This document shows, one piece after another, positions 1-9,136 of a DNA stretch of 64,000 nt. A model generated the notes under the pieces. The model saw only the letters and a list, made by a program, of their open reading frames with translations, did no database searches and was not told the DNA's origin. The DNA is from Escherichia coli. GTDB taxonomy: Bacteria; Pseudomonadota; Gammaproteobacteria; Enterobacterales; Enterobacteriaceae. Each line of letters begins with the position of its first letter. The first letter of the stretch is position 1. The stretch is from assembly GCA_002099625.1 (NCBI GenBank), contig GCA_002099625.1_4857.1; one strand, given 5' to 3'. A program made the position numbers and the translations under genes.

Positions 1-33
1 GTGTTCCAGCACTCGGGTAAGAGTTATTTCATG

Positions 34-180
34 TTAACTTTTGTTTAGTAGTATTTCACCTCCTAAACCCTTGATACGACGAACAGTGTTCTGCTTGGGC
101 GCAGTCAACTGTTGTACACGTTGGTTGAATTGGGTTTGCTTAACGTAATAGTTAAGTATTTGCGAACGTAGTTGTTCCAT
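34..180 (-). CDS. small basic protein (48 aa), tandem paralog A
   Basis: ATG at 180 preceded by AGGAGG; translation MEQLRSQILNYYVKQTQFNQRVQQLTAPKQNTVRRIKGLGGEILLNKS shares QLR..QQR..IKGLGG..NK pattern with the ORF at 293-439; it is the C-terminal part of the GTG-started track ORF 34-318. Confidence 0.5.
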   Translation of the reverse strand: MEQLRSQILNYYVKQTQFNQRVQQLTAPKQNTVRRIKGLGGEILLNKS

Positions 181-257
181 GTAGTGCCTCCTTAGGCAGG
201 TTGTTAATATATCGCTGCGCTGTGGTGGTACACAATGCACCGATATACTGTCACGGG

Positions 258-286
258 AGTTAAAAGGGGTGCTCGAACACCCCTGG
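258..286 (-). terminator. putative intrinsic terminator between the two small paralogs
   Basis: hairpin GGGGTG-CTCGAA-CACCCC flanked by an A-run on the plus strand (short U-run on the minus transcript). Confidence 0.35.
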
Positions 287-292
287 TTAGTG

Positions 293-439
293 TTACTTCT
301 TATTGAAGATGATGTCACCTCCTAGTCCTTTAATGGTACGGGTGGAAGTCTGCGTTGGGCGGCTAACCTCTTGCAGACGTTGTTGAAAAGCGACTTGTTT
401 CAGCTGTTGCTGACGCAGTTGTTGCATAAAGGTATTCAT
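293..439 (-). CDS. small basic protein (48 aa), tandem paralog B
   Basis: my own translation MNTFMQQLRQQQLKQVAFQQRLQEVSRPTQTSTRTIKGLGGDIIFNKK; AGAGGT Shine-Dalgarno ~6 nt upstream; not in the ORF track as a separate ORF (overlaps track ORF 34-318 in another frame). Confidence 0.45.
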   Translation of the reverse strand: MNTFMQQLRQQQLKQVAFQQRLQEVSRPTQTSTRTIKGLGGDIIFNKK

Positions 440-463
440 GTTAACCTCTAAGTGGATGTGAAT

Positions 464-505
464 AAGCTCTCTCCTTCGGGAGAGAGCGCCTTTTATTTTC
501 TTTTC
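464..505 (+). terminator. intrinsic terminator, plus-strand oriented
   Basis: hairpin GCTCTCTCC-TTCG-GGAGAGAGC followed by TTTTATTTTCTTTTC. Confidence 0.5.
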
Positions 506-506
506 G

Positions 507-547
507 GAAAATAAATATAAAACCCTCTTACCCGAAGGTAAGAGGGG
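507..547 (-). terminator. intrinsic terminator after gene 553-1413
   Basis: hairpin CCCTCTTACC-CGAA-GGTAAGAGGG; on the minus transcript it is followed by UUUUAUAUUUAUUUU. Confidence 0.6.
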
Positions 548-552
548 TACTA

Positions 553-1413
553 CTACGGTTTATAATCAACTTCGTTGATCTTGCCGCAAGCCGGACAAGC
601 AATGTTCATTGTCTGCGAAGTATAGCGATGGGTTCTCGGTACTGTAGCGACATGGTTGCGGTTACAGCCGGAACACGTCCAGCCAACCACTGGTGCCTTC
701 GATTGTTTCTGGGCAGGTGTGTCTTCTTTTAACAATGCGACTACCGCGTGAAATTTACGAAGCTCTGCGTTAACATGCGCTTCCCAGTCGGCGTCCAAAC
801 GCGCCGTGAACCAACGTTGAATCTTCTGGCCAAGTCCGTCTTGATTTTCTTCTTCATGGGACATCACAAACTTGAGATTTGCACGACCCCATTGCACGAC
901 GTTCTCTACTTTAATCCCGTCTACGGTGTCGCTGATTGGCGTATAGTTAAAAGTTGGATAGGTGAGATAACAAGCTTCAGCTGTTGCAAAGACAGTATTG
1001 CCTTCAAACAGTGCCATGGCCTCATCGCCCTTAGCATCCTTCTGTGCGGCTTCCAATCGTGGGCAATGGAAACCTTCAAGTTGCTGGATTTTGGTCGTTA
1101 GCACATTGATACCCTGTAGCACGGCAATGCGCTTTTTGCTGTCTGTGATCGTCGCCATTACCTTGCACAACGCGCGCGAGATAGCGCTATACATTGACGT
1201 TTTGCGGTTTTCATCGAGGAAACGCTCTTGCTGCTCCAGGTCGTAAGAAGACAGGCCGTAGCTCTGCCCTTCGACCAACACGACATAAGTACGACGTTTG
1301 TCGCGGTCCAGCTGGACAATGGCCGCATCGGTTAACGGATCGCTAGCCAATACTTCGTGGTTGGGAGGTAGGGGGAAATCCGAACTTTTGATAAAATCAG
1401 TAATGCTGTACAT
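553..1413 (-). CDS. hypothetical protein with C-terminal Cys4 zinc-ribbon
   Basis: 286-aa ORF, ATG start; C-terminus contains CSGCNRNH...CPACGK. Confidence 0.65.
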   Translation of the reverse strand: MYSITDFIKSSDFPLPPNHEVLASDPLTDAAIVQLDRDKRRTYVVLVEGQSYGLSSYDLEQQERFLDENRKTSMYSAISRALCKVMATITDSKKRIAVLQGINVLTTKIQQLEGFHCPRLEAAQKDAKGDEAMALFEGNTVFATAEACYLTYPTFNYTPISDTVDGIKVENVVQWGRANLKFVMSHEEENQDGLGQKIQRWFTARLDADWEAHVNAELRKFHAVVALLKEDTPAQKQSKAPVVGWTCSGCNRNHVATVPRTHRYTSQTMNIACPACGKINEVDYKP

Positions 1414-1416
1414 TTT

Positions 1417-1833
1417 TTAGTCCTTAAGAGAGTTAATAAAGTCATCTAAACTAATATCACGGAATGGGAAGTAAACACCTTCAAGCGGAATCGTGTAGTG
1501 TTCACTAATGGCACGTTGCCAATCCAGAACAGTTGCAGGGTAGTTCACAACCTCAAAGTTAGGATGCGTGATTGGCGGAATTGCGTTGTAAACATAGCCG
1601 TTAATATTTTTCGATGGGAACGCTGCACGGAACTTCGGCTCCATGTAGAACATTTCTTCTTTTACTTCCTGGCCTTCCCAGAAACGATAGCCACCCTTAC
1701 CGTCAGGAATATAAATCGCCTTGTCACGGGGTATAGGGGAATCCTTGGATAGCGGAACAAATCGCCCGTACTGGTCAAGAACCATCCAGTCAGTGTCATT
1801 CTTTAAATACTTTTGGAGCTTCTCATTAATCAT
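1417..1833 (-). CDS. hypothetical protein
   Basis: track ORF 1417-1914 starts at GTG; an internal ATG (MINEKLQ...) at ~1833 has an AAGGA SD at good spacing, so the start is probably there. Confidence 0.6.
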   Translation of the reverse strand: MINEKLQKYLKNDTDWMVLDQYGRFVPLSKDSPIPRDKAIYIPDGKGGYRFWEGQEVKEEMFYMEPKFRAAFPSKNINGYVYNAIPPITHPNFEVVNYPATVLDWQRAISEHYTIPLEGVYFPFRDISLDDFINSLKD

Positions 1834-1891
1834 TTTCATGTTCCTTAGGCAAAAAATAATACCACCCGTAGGTGGTATTAAATTATCTATA

Positions 1892-2080
1892 CTACTTCTT
1901 CCCGAGTTCCCCACGGAACTTCGCCAGCTCTTCTTTCCAGTCCGGCTTCGGTAGTGCGCTTTTCGGCCCCACGATAAACGTACGTTCTGAGGTTTGCGGA
2001 TTCACCTCTACTGTTTCGTTATCTTCCACTTCGCGAAGCACGATTCCGTTTTTACCATCGTAATTAACTAAAACGCCCAT
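1892..2080 (-). CDS. small hypothetical protein (62 aa)
   Basis: ORF with TAATG stop-start overlap with the upstream gene. Confidence 0.45.
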   Translation of the reverse strand: MGVLVNYDGKNGIVLREVEDNETVEVNPQTSERTFIVGPKSALPKPDWKEELAKFRGELGKK

Positions 2081-2262
2081 TAGTAAATCTCCTGCTGCAT
2101 TGGAAACACATTACCTGTCGGTGAGACGAGTAAGACTTGCGCGGTAACGTGAACAATTTCTTCTTCGTCCTGATGACGAACACCGTTAGTGAGATTATCC
2201 CACTCACGTTTAACACGAGGGTGAGATAAGAACTCGGCAAACTGCGTATCAGAAAAGTCCAT
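2080..2262 (-). CDS. small hypothetical protein (~60 aa)
   Basis: track ORF 2080-2280; likely start is the internal ATG (MDFSDTQ...) overlapping the TAA of the upstream small peptide gene (TAATG). Confidence 0.4.
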   Translation of the reverse strand: MDFSDTQFAEFLSHPRVKREWDNLTNGVRHQDEEEIVHVTAQVLLVSPTGNVFPMQQEIY

Positions 2263-2405
2263 TAGCCGCGACCTGTGCACATGGCAACAGAGTTACCGTT
2301 ATCGATGCATTTGTTGTAATCTTGAGTTACAGTGATAGACAGTACCGCGAAAGCAACAACAGCAACGATTGCGAAGATGGCACGTTTATGGTTACGAGTT
2401 AACAT
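2262..2405 (-). CDS. small hydrophobic peptide (47 aa), predicted membrane-spanning
   Basis: my translation MLTRNHKRAIFAIVAVVAFAVLSITVTQDYNKCIDNGNSVAMCTGRG; AAGGAG SD 8 nt upstream; absent from the ORF track (below length cutoff). Confidence 0.45.
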   Translation of the reverse strand: MLTRNHKRAIFAIVAVVAFAVLSITVTQDYNKCIDNGNSVAMCTGRG

Positions 2406-2457
2406 GGTAATACTCCTTTAGCTTAATAGTCGATTGAGTTGATAGATTGTCTTCTAT

Positions 2458-2490
2458 CACCTAGGTAATATATATCTGAAATTATTTTTA
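2458..2490 (-). promoter_or_regulatory. conserved promoter-like element (long form), copy 1
   Basis: plus-strand CACCTAGGTAATATATATCTGAAATTATT, near-identical to the copy at 10963-10992; ~55 nt upstream of the minus-strand start at 2405; minus-strand reading contains TATATTAC. Confidence 0.5.
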
Positions 2491-2512
2491 TTCAGAGTAC
2501 ACCCTCTATAAC

Positions 2513-2603
2513 GCTCTCAAACGCGTTTTGAGAGCTTTTATCACTTTAGAGGGTCGTTCTACCGTTAGAGTGGCTTTAGAAGGTTGTGTGTGCGTTTAGA
2601 GGG
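2513..2603. repeat. intergenic palindrome plus four direct repeats of TTTAGAGGG-like motif
   Basis: palindrome GCTCTCAAA-CGCGT-TTTGAGAGC at ~2513-2535; TTTAGAGGG / GTTAGAGTGG / TTTAGAAGG / TTTAGAGGG at ~2545, 2564, 2575, 2595. Confidence 0.5.
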
Positions 2604-2641
2604 CTAAAATAAAGAGACCTGGTCTCACAAGGAGACCAGGC
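2604..2641 (-). terminator. intrinsic terminator after gene 2648-3445
   Basis: hairpin CCTGGTCTC-ACAAG-GAGACCAGG; minus transcript followed by U-rich tract. Confidence 0.55.
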
Positions 2642-2647
2642 ACACTT

Positions 2648-3445
2648 TTACATCAAATCCAGGCTCTGAGAGACCGCAACTTCCGGTTCACTGATGCCGC
2701 TGGTCACTGACAATGTAAAGCGACGATCGTTAATCACTTCAACTGCCTCGCTCGCACGCAGTGAATACTTATCGGCGATTGGCAGTACACTGTTATCGTT
2801 CTGTGGCGGCAGAATCTGTGCCGGGAACGGAATGTACGAGTTGAAAGTGATATACGGACCGACTTGCATCATCGGGAACACTTCGTTCACGTTATTCGAC
2901 ATCCCTTCATCCGAAGAGATAACGGAGTGACGCAGACAGGCACGCAAGCCAACGGTGTACTCCGGATCGCGCGATTCGCCGATCAGTGCGAAACGGAACA
3001 CGTTGAAATCGTAGTCGTCTGCAGCGAAGTGTTCTGGCAGGATACGCTGTACGTATTCAGGGTAAGTGGTCACGTCACCCGGAATAACATTCACGGCGAG
3101 TTTCTGTGCCAGGAAATACGCATTCGCGAAACCGTACTGCCCCGCCAGCGCAGCTGATATCGGTGCAGTGGTTACGCAGTGCAGGAACAAGTGATAACCC
3201 AGCCCGCCTTTATCTTCGATTGCCAGGTCCTTCTTACTCTGCACACCGTCAGCAGTATAAATAACTGCCACTGTTTTATCCAACGTTGATGCCATGACAA
3301 AATCCAACTGCACCTCACCGCTTTGCGGCAGTACCTTAACCAGGCGATCCCAGAGCTTGGTCGGTTTGGTGAAGTTAGCGGCTTCGTACGCATCAATGTC
3401 GAGAACAGTTTGGCCGGTCATGCGAAAGGTGTGAATCGCTTTCAT
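2648..3445 (-). CDS. hypothetical protein
   Basis: 265-aa ORF with coding-like composition; no recognisable motif. Confidence 0.65.
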   Translation of the reverse strand: MKAIHTFRMTGQTVLDIDAYEAANFTKPTKLWDRLVKVLPQSGEVQLDFVMASTLDKTVAVIYTADGVQSKKDLAIEDKGGLGYHLFLHCVTTAPISAALAGQYGFANAYFLAQKLAVNVIPGDVTTYPEYVQRILPEHFAADDYDFNVFRFALIGESRDPEYTVGLRACLRHSVISSDEGMSNNVNEVFPMMQVGPYITFNSYIPFPAQILPPQNDNSVLPIADKYSLRASEAVEVINDRRFTLSVTSGISEPEVAVSQSLDLM

Positions 3446-3488
3446 TGCAATATTTTCCTTAAGGTTACTTACGGGTCATACTAGATGA

Positions 3489-4802
3489 CTAAGCTGTAAA
3501 TTTTTCATCTTTGAGCCAAAGACTCAGTTGTGATTGGGTGTTATAGCGTCCTGATGCCATCGTTTGACCGTCGACAGCAGACTGGAACACTTCACCCACC
3601 AACGTGCCGTAGCGGGTATAGACCCCATACTCGTTGGCAAAAACGTATTTTACTGGCATACCGGGATATAGGATGCCGTGCGTTGATCGGTTCCAGGTTG
3701 TTTGCACAATCGTACCCAGACCCATCTCCAGTTTAGACCGCTGTGGTTTATCGGTATCGCTAAAGTGCTTATCAGGATCGATTGGTGCGTTAACCACACC
3801 ACCTGGATACGCAGCAGGGTCGGCCTGTGCCACAAATTTATCAGGTGTGGTCATACTGATGTCGCCAGGCGTAAATGAACTACTACGCCCATCCAACACA
3901 CGTACAGACCCTACCCGGTAACCCGTACCCTGGTTAAGCGCGGCCTGGTCACGGTATTCCAAACTACTGGTGTCGCCGCCACAAATCAGATAGATAACAT
4001 TACCCGCGATATCGGTGGTGCGGTCAATGTGAGCAGCCTGTTCACGAGGCAAGTTATAAATGACCAGTTTAGGCTTCGTTGTGTTATTAAACTTCAACGA
4101 GTCCCAAGGTCGATACAGATACCATCGTTGTAGGTATTGGAAGACCCCAATACCTTTGCTGTAAACACCGTAATGGTTCTGCAGATAATCAAACACGCTT
4201 AAGAAGTCTTCGGAGTCTGGTATAACGATGTCCCGATATGCCTGCTGTTCTTCTTCATCGTATTCAATCCCTTTCAACTGCCCCTCTGCAGCCACCCCTT
4301 CCGGCAACGTATCCGCCAATATCGAGCGAGCCACTGTTAACCCATCTGTTTCGTGGTAGATGCCGCCCACTTGACGATTACGCAGGAACCACATCGACTC
4401 ATCCATCAGCTCCAATGTTACCAATGCGATAGATTTCTCATCAGACTGACTCAAGAACATCGTCGGTGATTCCGCGTTGTGGTCGCGGTTATTTATCACG
4501 ATGCCGCGGTAGTTAAAGACCCCTGCGATTTTCTGTCCACGACGCAGTAACAGCTTTACCTTCAAATCCCCTTCTGCGGACGATGTGATCATTCGCATGT
4601 GGCTGTAGGGGATAGCCAAGGTGAGATGTGTCAATAAACAGATATCACGCGTAAAGTGACCGGTGTGAATGATAGACAGCATCTTCAACACCGTCACTGG
4701 GGCACCGTGCACCGTGAGGAATATCCCGTAGTCGATAGCCGGTAACCCCCGAGCATTAGCGATGTGACCGTTCGCCATCTGTTGTAACCGACCAAACGAC
4801 AT
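3489..4802 (-). CDS. hypothetical protein
   Basis: 437-aa ORF; start-stop overlap with the downstream gene. Confidence 0.65.
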   Translation of the reverse strand: MSFGRLQQMANGHIANARGLPAIDYGIFLTVHGAPVTVLKMLSIIHTGHFTRDICLLTHLTLAIPYSHMRMITSSAEGDLKVKLLLRRGQKIAGVFNYRGIVINNRDHNAESPTMFLSQSDEKSIALVTLELMDESMWFLRNRQVGGIYHETDGLTVARSILADTLPEGVAAEGQLKGIEYDEEEQQAYRDIVIPDSEDFLSVFDYLQNHYGVYSKGIGVFQYLQRWYLYRPWDSLKFNNTTKPKLVIYNLPREQAAHIDRTTDIAGNVIYLICGGDTSSLEYRDQAALNQGTGYRVGSVRVLDGRSSSFTPGDISMTTPDKFVAQADPAAYPGGVVNAPIDPDKHFSDTDKPQRSKLEMGLGTIVQTTWNRSTHGILYPGMPVKYVFANEYGVYTRYGTLVGEVFQSAVDGQTMASGRYNTQSQLSLWLKDEKFTA

Positions 4803-5341
4803 TAGCGACCTCCTCGGGCTCTATAAGCGTACTCAATACGTTTCATAATCGTATCATTAAAACGGTGGAGTTTAGACTCCAGGCGGACCTGTCCAAATAA
4901 CGACTGAACACAGTCCGCCATCGTTGCGGTGGGTTTCTTGAAATACCCGTAGCGGTTAGCCACAGGAAACAGTTTCGAAGCCAGCACATTGAACTGACGC
5001 AACCCTTCGATAGGGACTTCCCGGTAAATCAGCGTCGGGTTCTCCAGATAGTTCAGCCAGTCCGCAAGGTGTTCCATAATCCACCCGTACACTTTAATCC
5101 CGTCATGCGGGTCGTGTACATCCAACGCACCACCTGTCGCTAAATACTCGGCAGCTTCTGAGGGGTGCAGATAGATAGGCTTCATGTTCAGTAACAACGC
5201 TTGTCGTTTCTTCGGGTCTTCTGGCAAGAACAATCCGTGTTCCTGACTGGCGTAGGTTGTGATGGTTGCGTATTCCGGTACCCGGAAGAACACCCACGCT
5301 TTAAACAGCATAAATGCTGCACTGCGCTTCTTCTCCGACAT
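4802..5341 (-). CDS. hypothetical protein
   Basis: 179-aa ORF in an overlapping minus-strand gene array. Confidence 0.6.
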   Translation of the reverse strand: MSEKKRSAAFMLFKAWVFFRVPEYATITTYASQEHGLFLPEDPKKRQALLLNMKPIYLHPSEAAEYLATGGALDVHDPHDGIKVYGWIMEHLADWLNYLENPTLIYREVPIEGLRQFNVLASKLFPVANRYGYFKKPTATMADCVQSLFGQVRLESKLHRFNDTIMKRIEYAYRARGGR

Positions 5342-5343
5342 TA

Positions 5344-6699
5344 CTACCTCGCGTATTTCAAAATCACGTAGACCATCGGGACGTAATAGAACTGACTGTC
5401 CTTCGGTAAAGCCAGCACCAATTCTGCTAAACGCGCAGCCACTTCACTAGGTACTGGTTGTTTGTTCAGATACAGGTACAAACAATGCTCCAGAACCGAG
5501 CTATACGAGCCGCTATAGAACGTTTCGCTTAACAGGTAGGGTTTATACGTCAACGGCAGAAAAGCCACCATATCCTCGCCTGCGTTGCCCTGATACTCAG
5601 GGAACATAACCGGTTCGAATGCTTCGAACTCTGGCCACTCCCCATCGTACGTTGCCAACTGACGAATCTGTGATGTAAAGTAACGCGTTGAACTGAACTG
5701 TGACCATGCGATGGTGTTGCGGGTCTGCATCGTTCTGAACGTGCGCGGGTTAACTGCGCTGCATTCTTTCTCGACGTAAGGTAGCAGTTCTGGCTGTTGA
5801 TTTAACAACACCGTGAACAGCGTTTCGATATCTTGCACGGGTTTCGGCGGGTGCGGGTAAATACGGATATCTTTACCAACGGTTCGAAGACCGATACCCT
5901 TCACAAACATCGCCAAGAAGACGTCGTAGTAGCCGCCTGCCTTTAACCCGTCGAGTTTCCAGTCGCGTGGATAAGCAAGGGTTTCTAAACTGGTATCGTA
6001 GAAGCGACGGACAAACGTCGTCTCAATGTCCTTAATGCGGTCTCCCAGCTCCAGGAACGTACGATATTCGTTGGGGGTCAGTAAGGTATCACCACCGGTC
6101 CACGCACGCTCACGGACGTAATGGAGCGTTCTGACGGTACACAGACGAATCGTCTCTGCAATCTGCGGCGTAATCTCGTACAACATCGTGTAACGTATTT
6201 GATACGTTGCAATTTTGTTGTTCGACATTCGGGTAACGGTAGTGATGTTAAACAGTCCGTGTCGATGATCACCTATTGGGGCAACGAAGAAGTCTCCTTC
6301 ATTCGGTGTAATCGATGCTACCAAGGTCGACGTCCCGGTCAGTTCGAAAGTCTTACGTTGTTCGTCCTGCGTACGGTCGAGCGGTGCGTTAACACGTAAT
6401 GACAGATTAACAATCTTAAGCAGCTGTTGCGTAGGGCTGTCATTCTGAGTATCGAACATCGTCTTCGGATCGTTACGACCCGACAACGCGTGATAAAAAT
6501 CAACCGGCCATTCAGAACCTTCGTTGTATTGCAGGAGATACTGTTTCGGAATCCTGTCGAAGTCCGTTACCGTGGTGCGGGTTGGAATCGTTACCAAGTT
6601 GCTGGCTTCTTTCACCCCGTCCTGCGGTTTATTGATAATCGGAATTTCAGGTTCAACAGGAACGAATTTAGTATCACCCCTCTTGTTCGCCTTGAGCAT
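5344..6699 (-). CDS. hypothetical protein
   Basis: 451-aa ORF; its start overlaps the 3' end of the upstream gene. Confidence 0.65.
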   Translation of the reverse strand: MLKANKRGDTKFVPVEPEIPIINKPQDGVKEASNLVTIPTRTTVTDFDRIPKQYLLQYNEGSEWPVDFYHALSGRNDPKTMFDTQNDSPTQQLLKIVNLSLRVNAPLDRTQDEQRKTFELTGTSTLVASITPNEGDFFVAPIGDHRHGLFNITTVTRMSNNKIATYQIRYTMLYEITPQIAETIRLCTVRTLHYVRERAWTGGDTLLTPNEYRTFLELGDRIKDIETTFVRRFYDTSLETLAYPRDWKLDGLKAGGYYDVFLAMFVKGIGLRTVGKDIRIYPHPPKPVQDIETLFTVLLNQQPELLPYVEKECSAVNPRTFRTMQTRNTIAWSQFSSTRYFTSQIRQLATYDGEWPEFEAFEPVMFPEYQGNAGEDMVAFLPLTYKPYLLSETFYSGSYSSVLEHCLYLYLNKQPVPSEVAARLAELVLALPKDSQFYYVPMVYVILKYAR

Positions 6700-8176
6700 T
6701 ATCGGCTCCTCTGATGGCTATAATCGTGGTATTAAATTGCGTCAACAGGACACGGCGATAGAACTTCGTGATTTCATCAATCACACTTGGTGGTAACACA
6801 GGTTTATCCCACCACCAATCCGGGCAATCCCAATCTGGGAATAACCACTCAATAAGCACTTTTGCCGCTTTTGGATAAAGATGCAGTGGCCATAAGTCCA
6901 GATTACGCCAGTCGTGTATTGCCGACTCTGTTAAGTAGTACGCTTTCTCGACATGAACTTCACGGTTACGTAGCGAGAAGACACCGTTTTCCCAATGGTA
7001 GAAACGTGGTTCAATGATTTGACCGTTCTCGAACAACTCCATACGGATAATGCCCGTCTGACCTGTCGGGTCTATCGTGCGGCAGTGTTCAATATAAGGA
7101 ACCACCTCAGCGTTCCAAACATACGGCAGGTCGTCAATGCTACAAACTTCAGGATCGGTCATGTTTTCTTCACCGAATGCTACATCGGTGCCGAACACAT
7201 GCAGAAGCTTTGCTTTTAGCGGCGAGTGTGTACGTTCAAACTGTTCTGTCGGTGACAGCAGATACGGTAGGCGTAAGAACTGGCGAGATTCATTAATCCA
7301 CCAAGTACCGTCAAGGTTCTTTTGCTGTTGGTGACGTTGCACGCCCTCTTCATTACTCACAAACGGTGGGTCTATCTCAGGCCACCATTCATCAGGCAAC
7401 GGTGTCTGGTTGATGATGTACGGGTAGGTAATCACCACCTCTTCGGGTCGCTGATATGAGAAGCGTATAACGAAGCTGGTCTCGTAATGGTTTTCGTCGT
7501 TATCCCAGGTAGGAGAGATAACATCGTAAACCGTCTCGATACGGGTTGGTGCGTAGCGTACCGCTAAGACATTCTGACCACCGGCGACATTACCTGTGGT
7601 GAAAACGTCTGGTGTGAAGTGCGCCTTTAGATAATCTTTAAAGTCGTCGTACTTCGGCACACGTGTCCCTGCGGCGATATAGCATTCGTTCAATAGCTTA
7701 AGCGCGGGCTTTGGAATCAGGTAGTACGCTTCGGATTCCGTCATGGTCGAATAGCGACCCATGTCGATAAGTGAATCCAGGCGGTTCGCCCAACGTAACA
7801 ATTCGTCGCGTGATGGGCCGACACGCCGGAGCGTGATGGTCACGTTATACATTACGCGGACAGGAGCAGCGCGTACTTGGTCTTCGGGATTATGGAAGAA
7901 TGGAATCTCTGCCGCTAACCCAACTTGACGGTTAATGCGTGCGCGTTCATCACGTTCTTCTTCCACTTCGACGTAGACACGGTTCGGTGCTGAATAGTCC
8001 ACCGGTGTCTCATCGCCGAGCGTAGAGCCTGGCTGATGGGCGGTGTTGAAGCTATCCGTGAAAACAACACTGGCACGTTCAATACCAGATTCGTTTAGCA
8101 CACGTTCTACGACGCCGTCGACCACAGCTTTGCGCATGGTCTTGTCCAACGACGGAATTTCAAAATACTGTTGCAT
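6674..8176 (-). CDS. hypothetical protein
   Basis: 500-aa ORF; no recognisable motif. Confidence 0.65.
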   Translation of the reverse strand: MQQYFEIPSLDKTMRKAVVDGVVERVLNESGIERASVVFTDSFNTAHQPGSTLGDETPVDYSAPNRVYVEVEEERDERARINRQVGLAAEIPFFHNPEDQVRAAPVRVMYNVTITLRRVGPSRDELLRWANRLDSLIDMGRYSTMTESEAYYLIPKPALKLLNECYIAAGTRVPKYDDFKDYLKAHFTPDVFTTGNVAGGQNVLAVRYAPTRIETVYDVISPTWDNDENHYETSFVIRFSYQRPEEVVITYPYIINQTPLPDEWWPEIDPPFVSNEEGVQRHQQQKNLDGTWWINESRQFLRLPYLLSPTEQFERTHSPLKAKLLHVFGTDVAFGEENMTDPEVCSIDDLPYVWNAEVVPYIEHCRTIDPTGQTGIIRMELFENGQIIEPRFYHWENGVFSLRNREVHVEKAYYLTESAIHDWRNLDLWPLHLYPKAAKVLIEWLFPDWDCPDWWWDKPVLPPSVIDEITKFYRRVLLTQFNTTIIAIRGADNAQGEQEG

Positions 8177-8211
8177 TAGCTGTCCCTCGTTGTAGTCATA
8201 TCACTGGCCTA

Positions 8212-8246
8212 AAACGCAAAAAAAAGAAAGGGAGCCGAAACTCCCT
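8212..8246 (-). terminator. intrinsic terminator after gene 8254-8583
   Basis: hairpin GGGAG-CCGAAA-CTCCC preceded on plus by GCAAAAAAAAGAAAG (U-tract on the minus transcript). Confidence 0.55.
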
Positions 8247-8253
8247 TCGTGTT

Positions 8254-8583
8254 TTAGTGGGCCAGCCAAGCTAGCTGCCACTTCTTACATTTTATTCCGC
8301 TGTGTCCAACCGGATTGCGGATAATGTCCATCGTTTTCCCGACAACGAATTCAATCATCTTGTCTGATAGCATTTTACCCATCGCGATAGAGAGGGCCGT
8401 AACCTGATCAGGGTCATCGATGTACGCATAGACCGGCTCATTACTGCCGAAGATAAGATAGAAGGAACCCTCGCAGGCCACGATTGAGGTCAGTGGCACG
8501 ATGCACCCGGTATACACTCTCGCCAGTTCAGCCGCTTTTGGGGTTACTTCCATTACGTAACCCTTAACAGATTTCTTTTCCAC
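8254..8583 (-). CDS. hypothetical protein
   Basis: 109-aa ORF directly downstream of the DHFR gene. Confidence 0.55.
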   Translation of the reverse strand: MEKKSVKGYVMEVTPKAAELARVYTGCIVPLTSIVACEGSFYLIFGSNEPVYAYIDDPDQVTALSIAMGKMLSDKMIEFVVGKTMDIIRNPVGHSGIKCKKWQLAWLAH

Positions 8584-8584
8584 T

Positions 8585-9136
8585 TTAAACTCCAGCGATA
8601 CGATTTAAAATTTGATACGTCCAACGGTGCGTGTGTTTCTGGCCGTCGGGTAAATGGGTCATGGTGTAGTCGACTTGAAAAACATCTCTGTCGATTTCTG
8701 GGAAGAAAGCATCGGCACCTTCAACAGCGATGTCAATACGCGATAGATAGATACGATCCACTCGAGCGAGGGTTTGATGATAAATTGATGCGCCACCAAT
8801 AATCATCACCTCTTGCTCTTTCCCGGTATCTTTCTCAATACGTTCCAGAGCTTTGATAGCTAAGTCAATACTCGTGTGATACGTCACCAAACGCATGTCC
8901 GTGTGTTCTTCCCGGCCACTAATATAAGCTTCTGGGTTACGAGTAACGATTAAGTTACCGCGGTTAGGCAAAGGACGACAACCTAACGATTCCCAGGTCT
9001 TACTACCCATGATAACGTTCTTCCCTGTGGTAATTGCCTTAAAGTTAGCCAGGTCGGCAGGCAGACGCCACGGCAGTTCATTGTTTTTACCGATGGCATT
9101 GTTGCGGTCCATCGCGACGATAATAGAGAGTTTCAC
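8585..9136 (-). CDS. folA: dihydrofolate reductase
   Basis: translation has the DHFR pattern: IIVAMDRNNAIGKNNELPWRLPADLANFK, VIMGSKTWESLG, RPLPNRGN, MIIGGASIY; GTG start; 183 aa. Confidence 0.9.
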   Translation of the reverse strand: MKLSIIVAMDRNNAIGKNNELPWRLPADLANFKAITTGKNVIMGSKTWESLGCRPLPNRGNLIVTRNPEAYISGREEHTDMRLVTYHTSIDLAIKALERIEKDTGKEQEVMIIGGASIYHQTLARVDRIYLSRIDIAVEGADAFFPEIDRDVFQVDYTMTHLPDGQKHTHRWTYQILNRIAGV

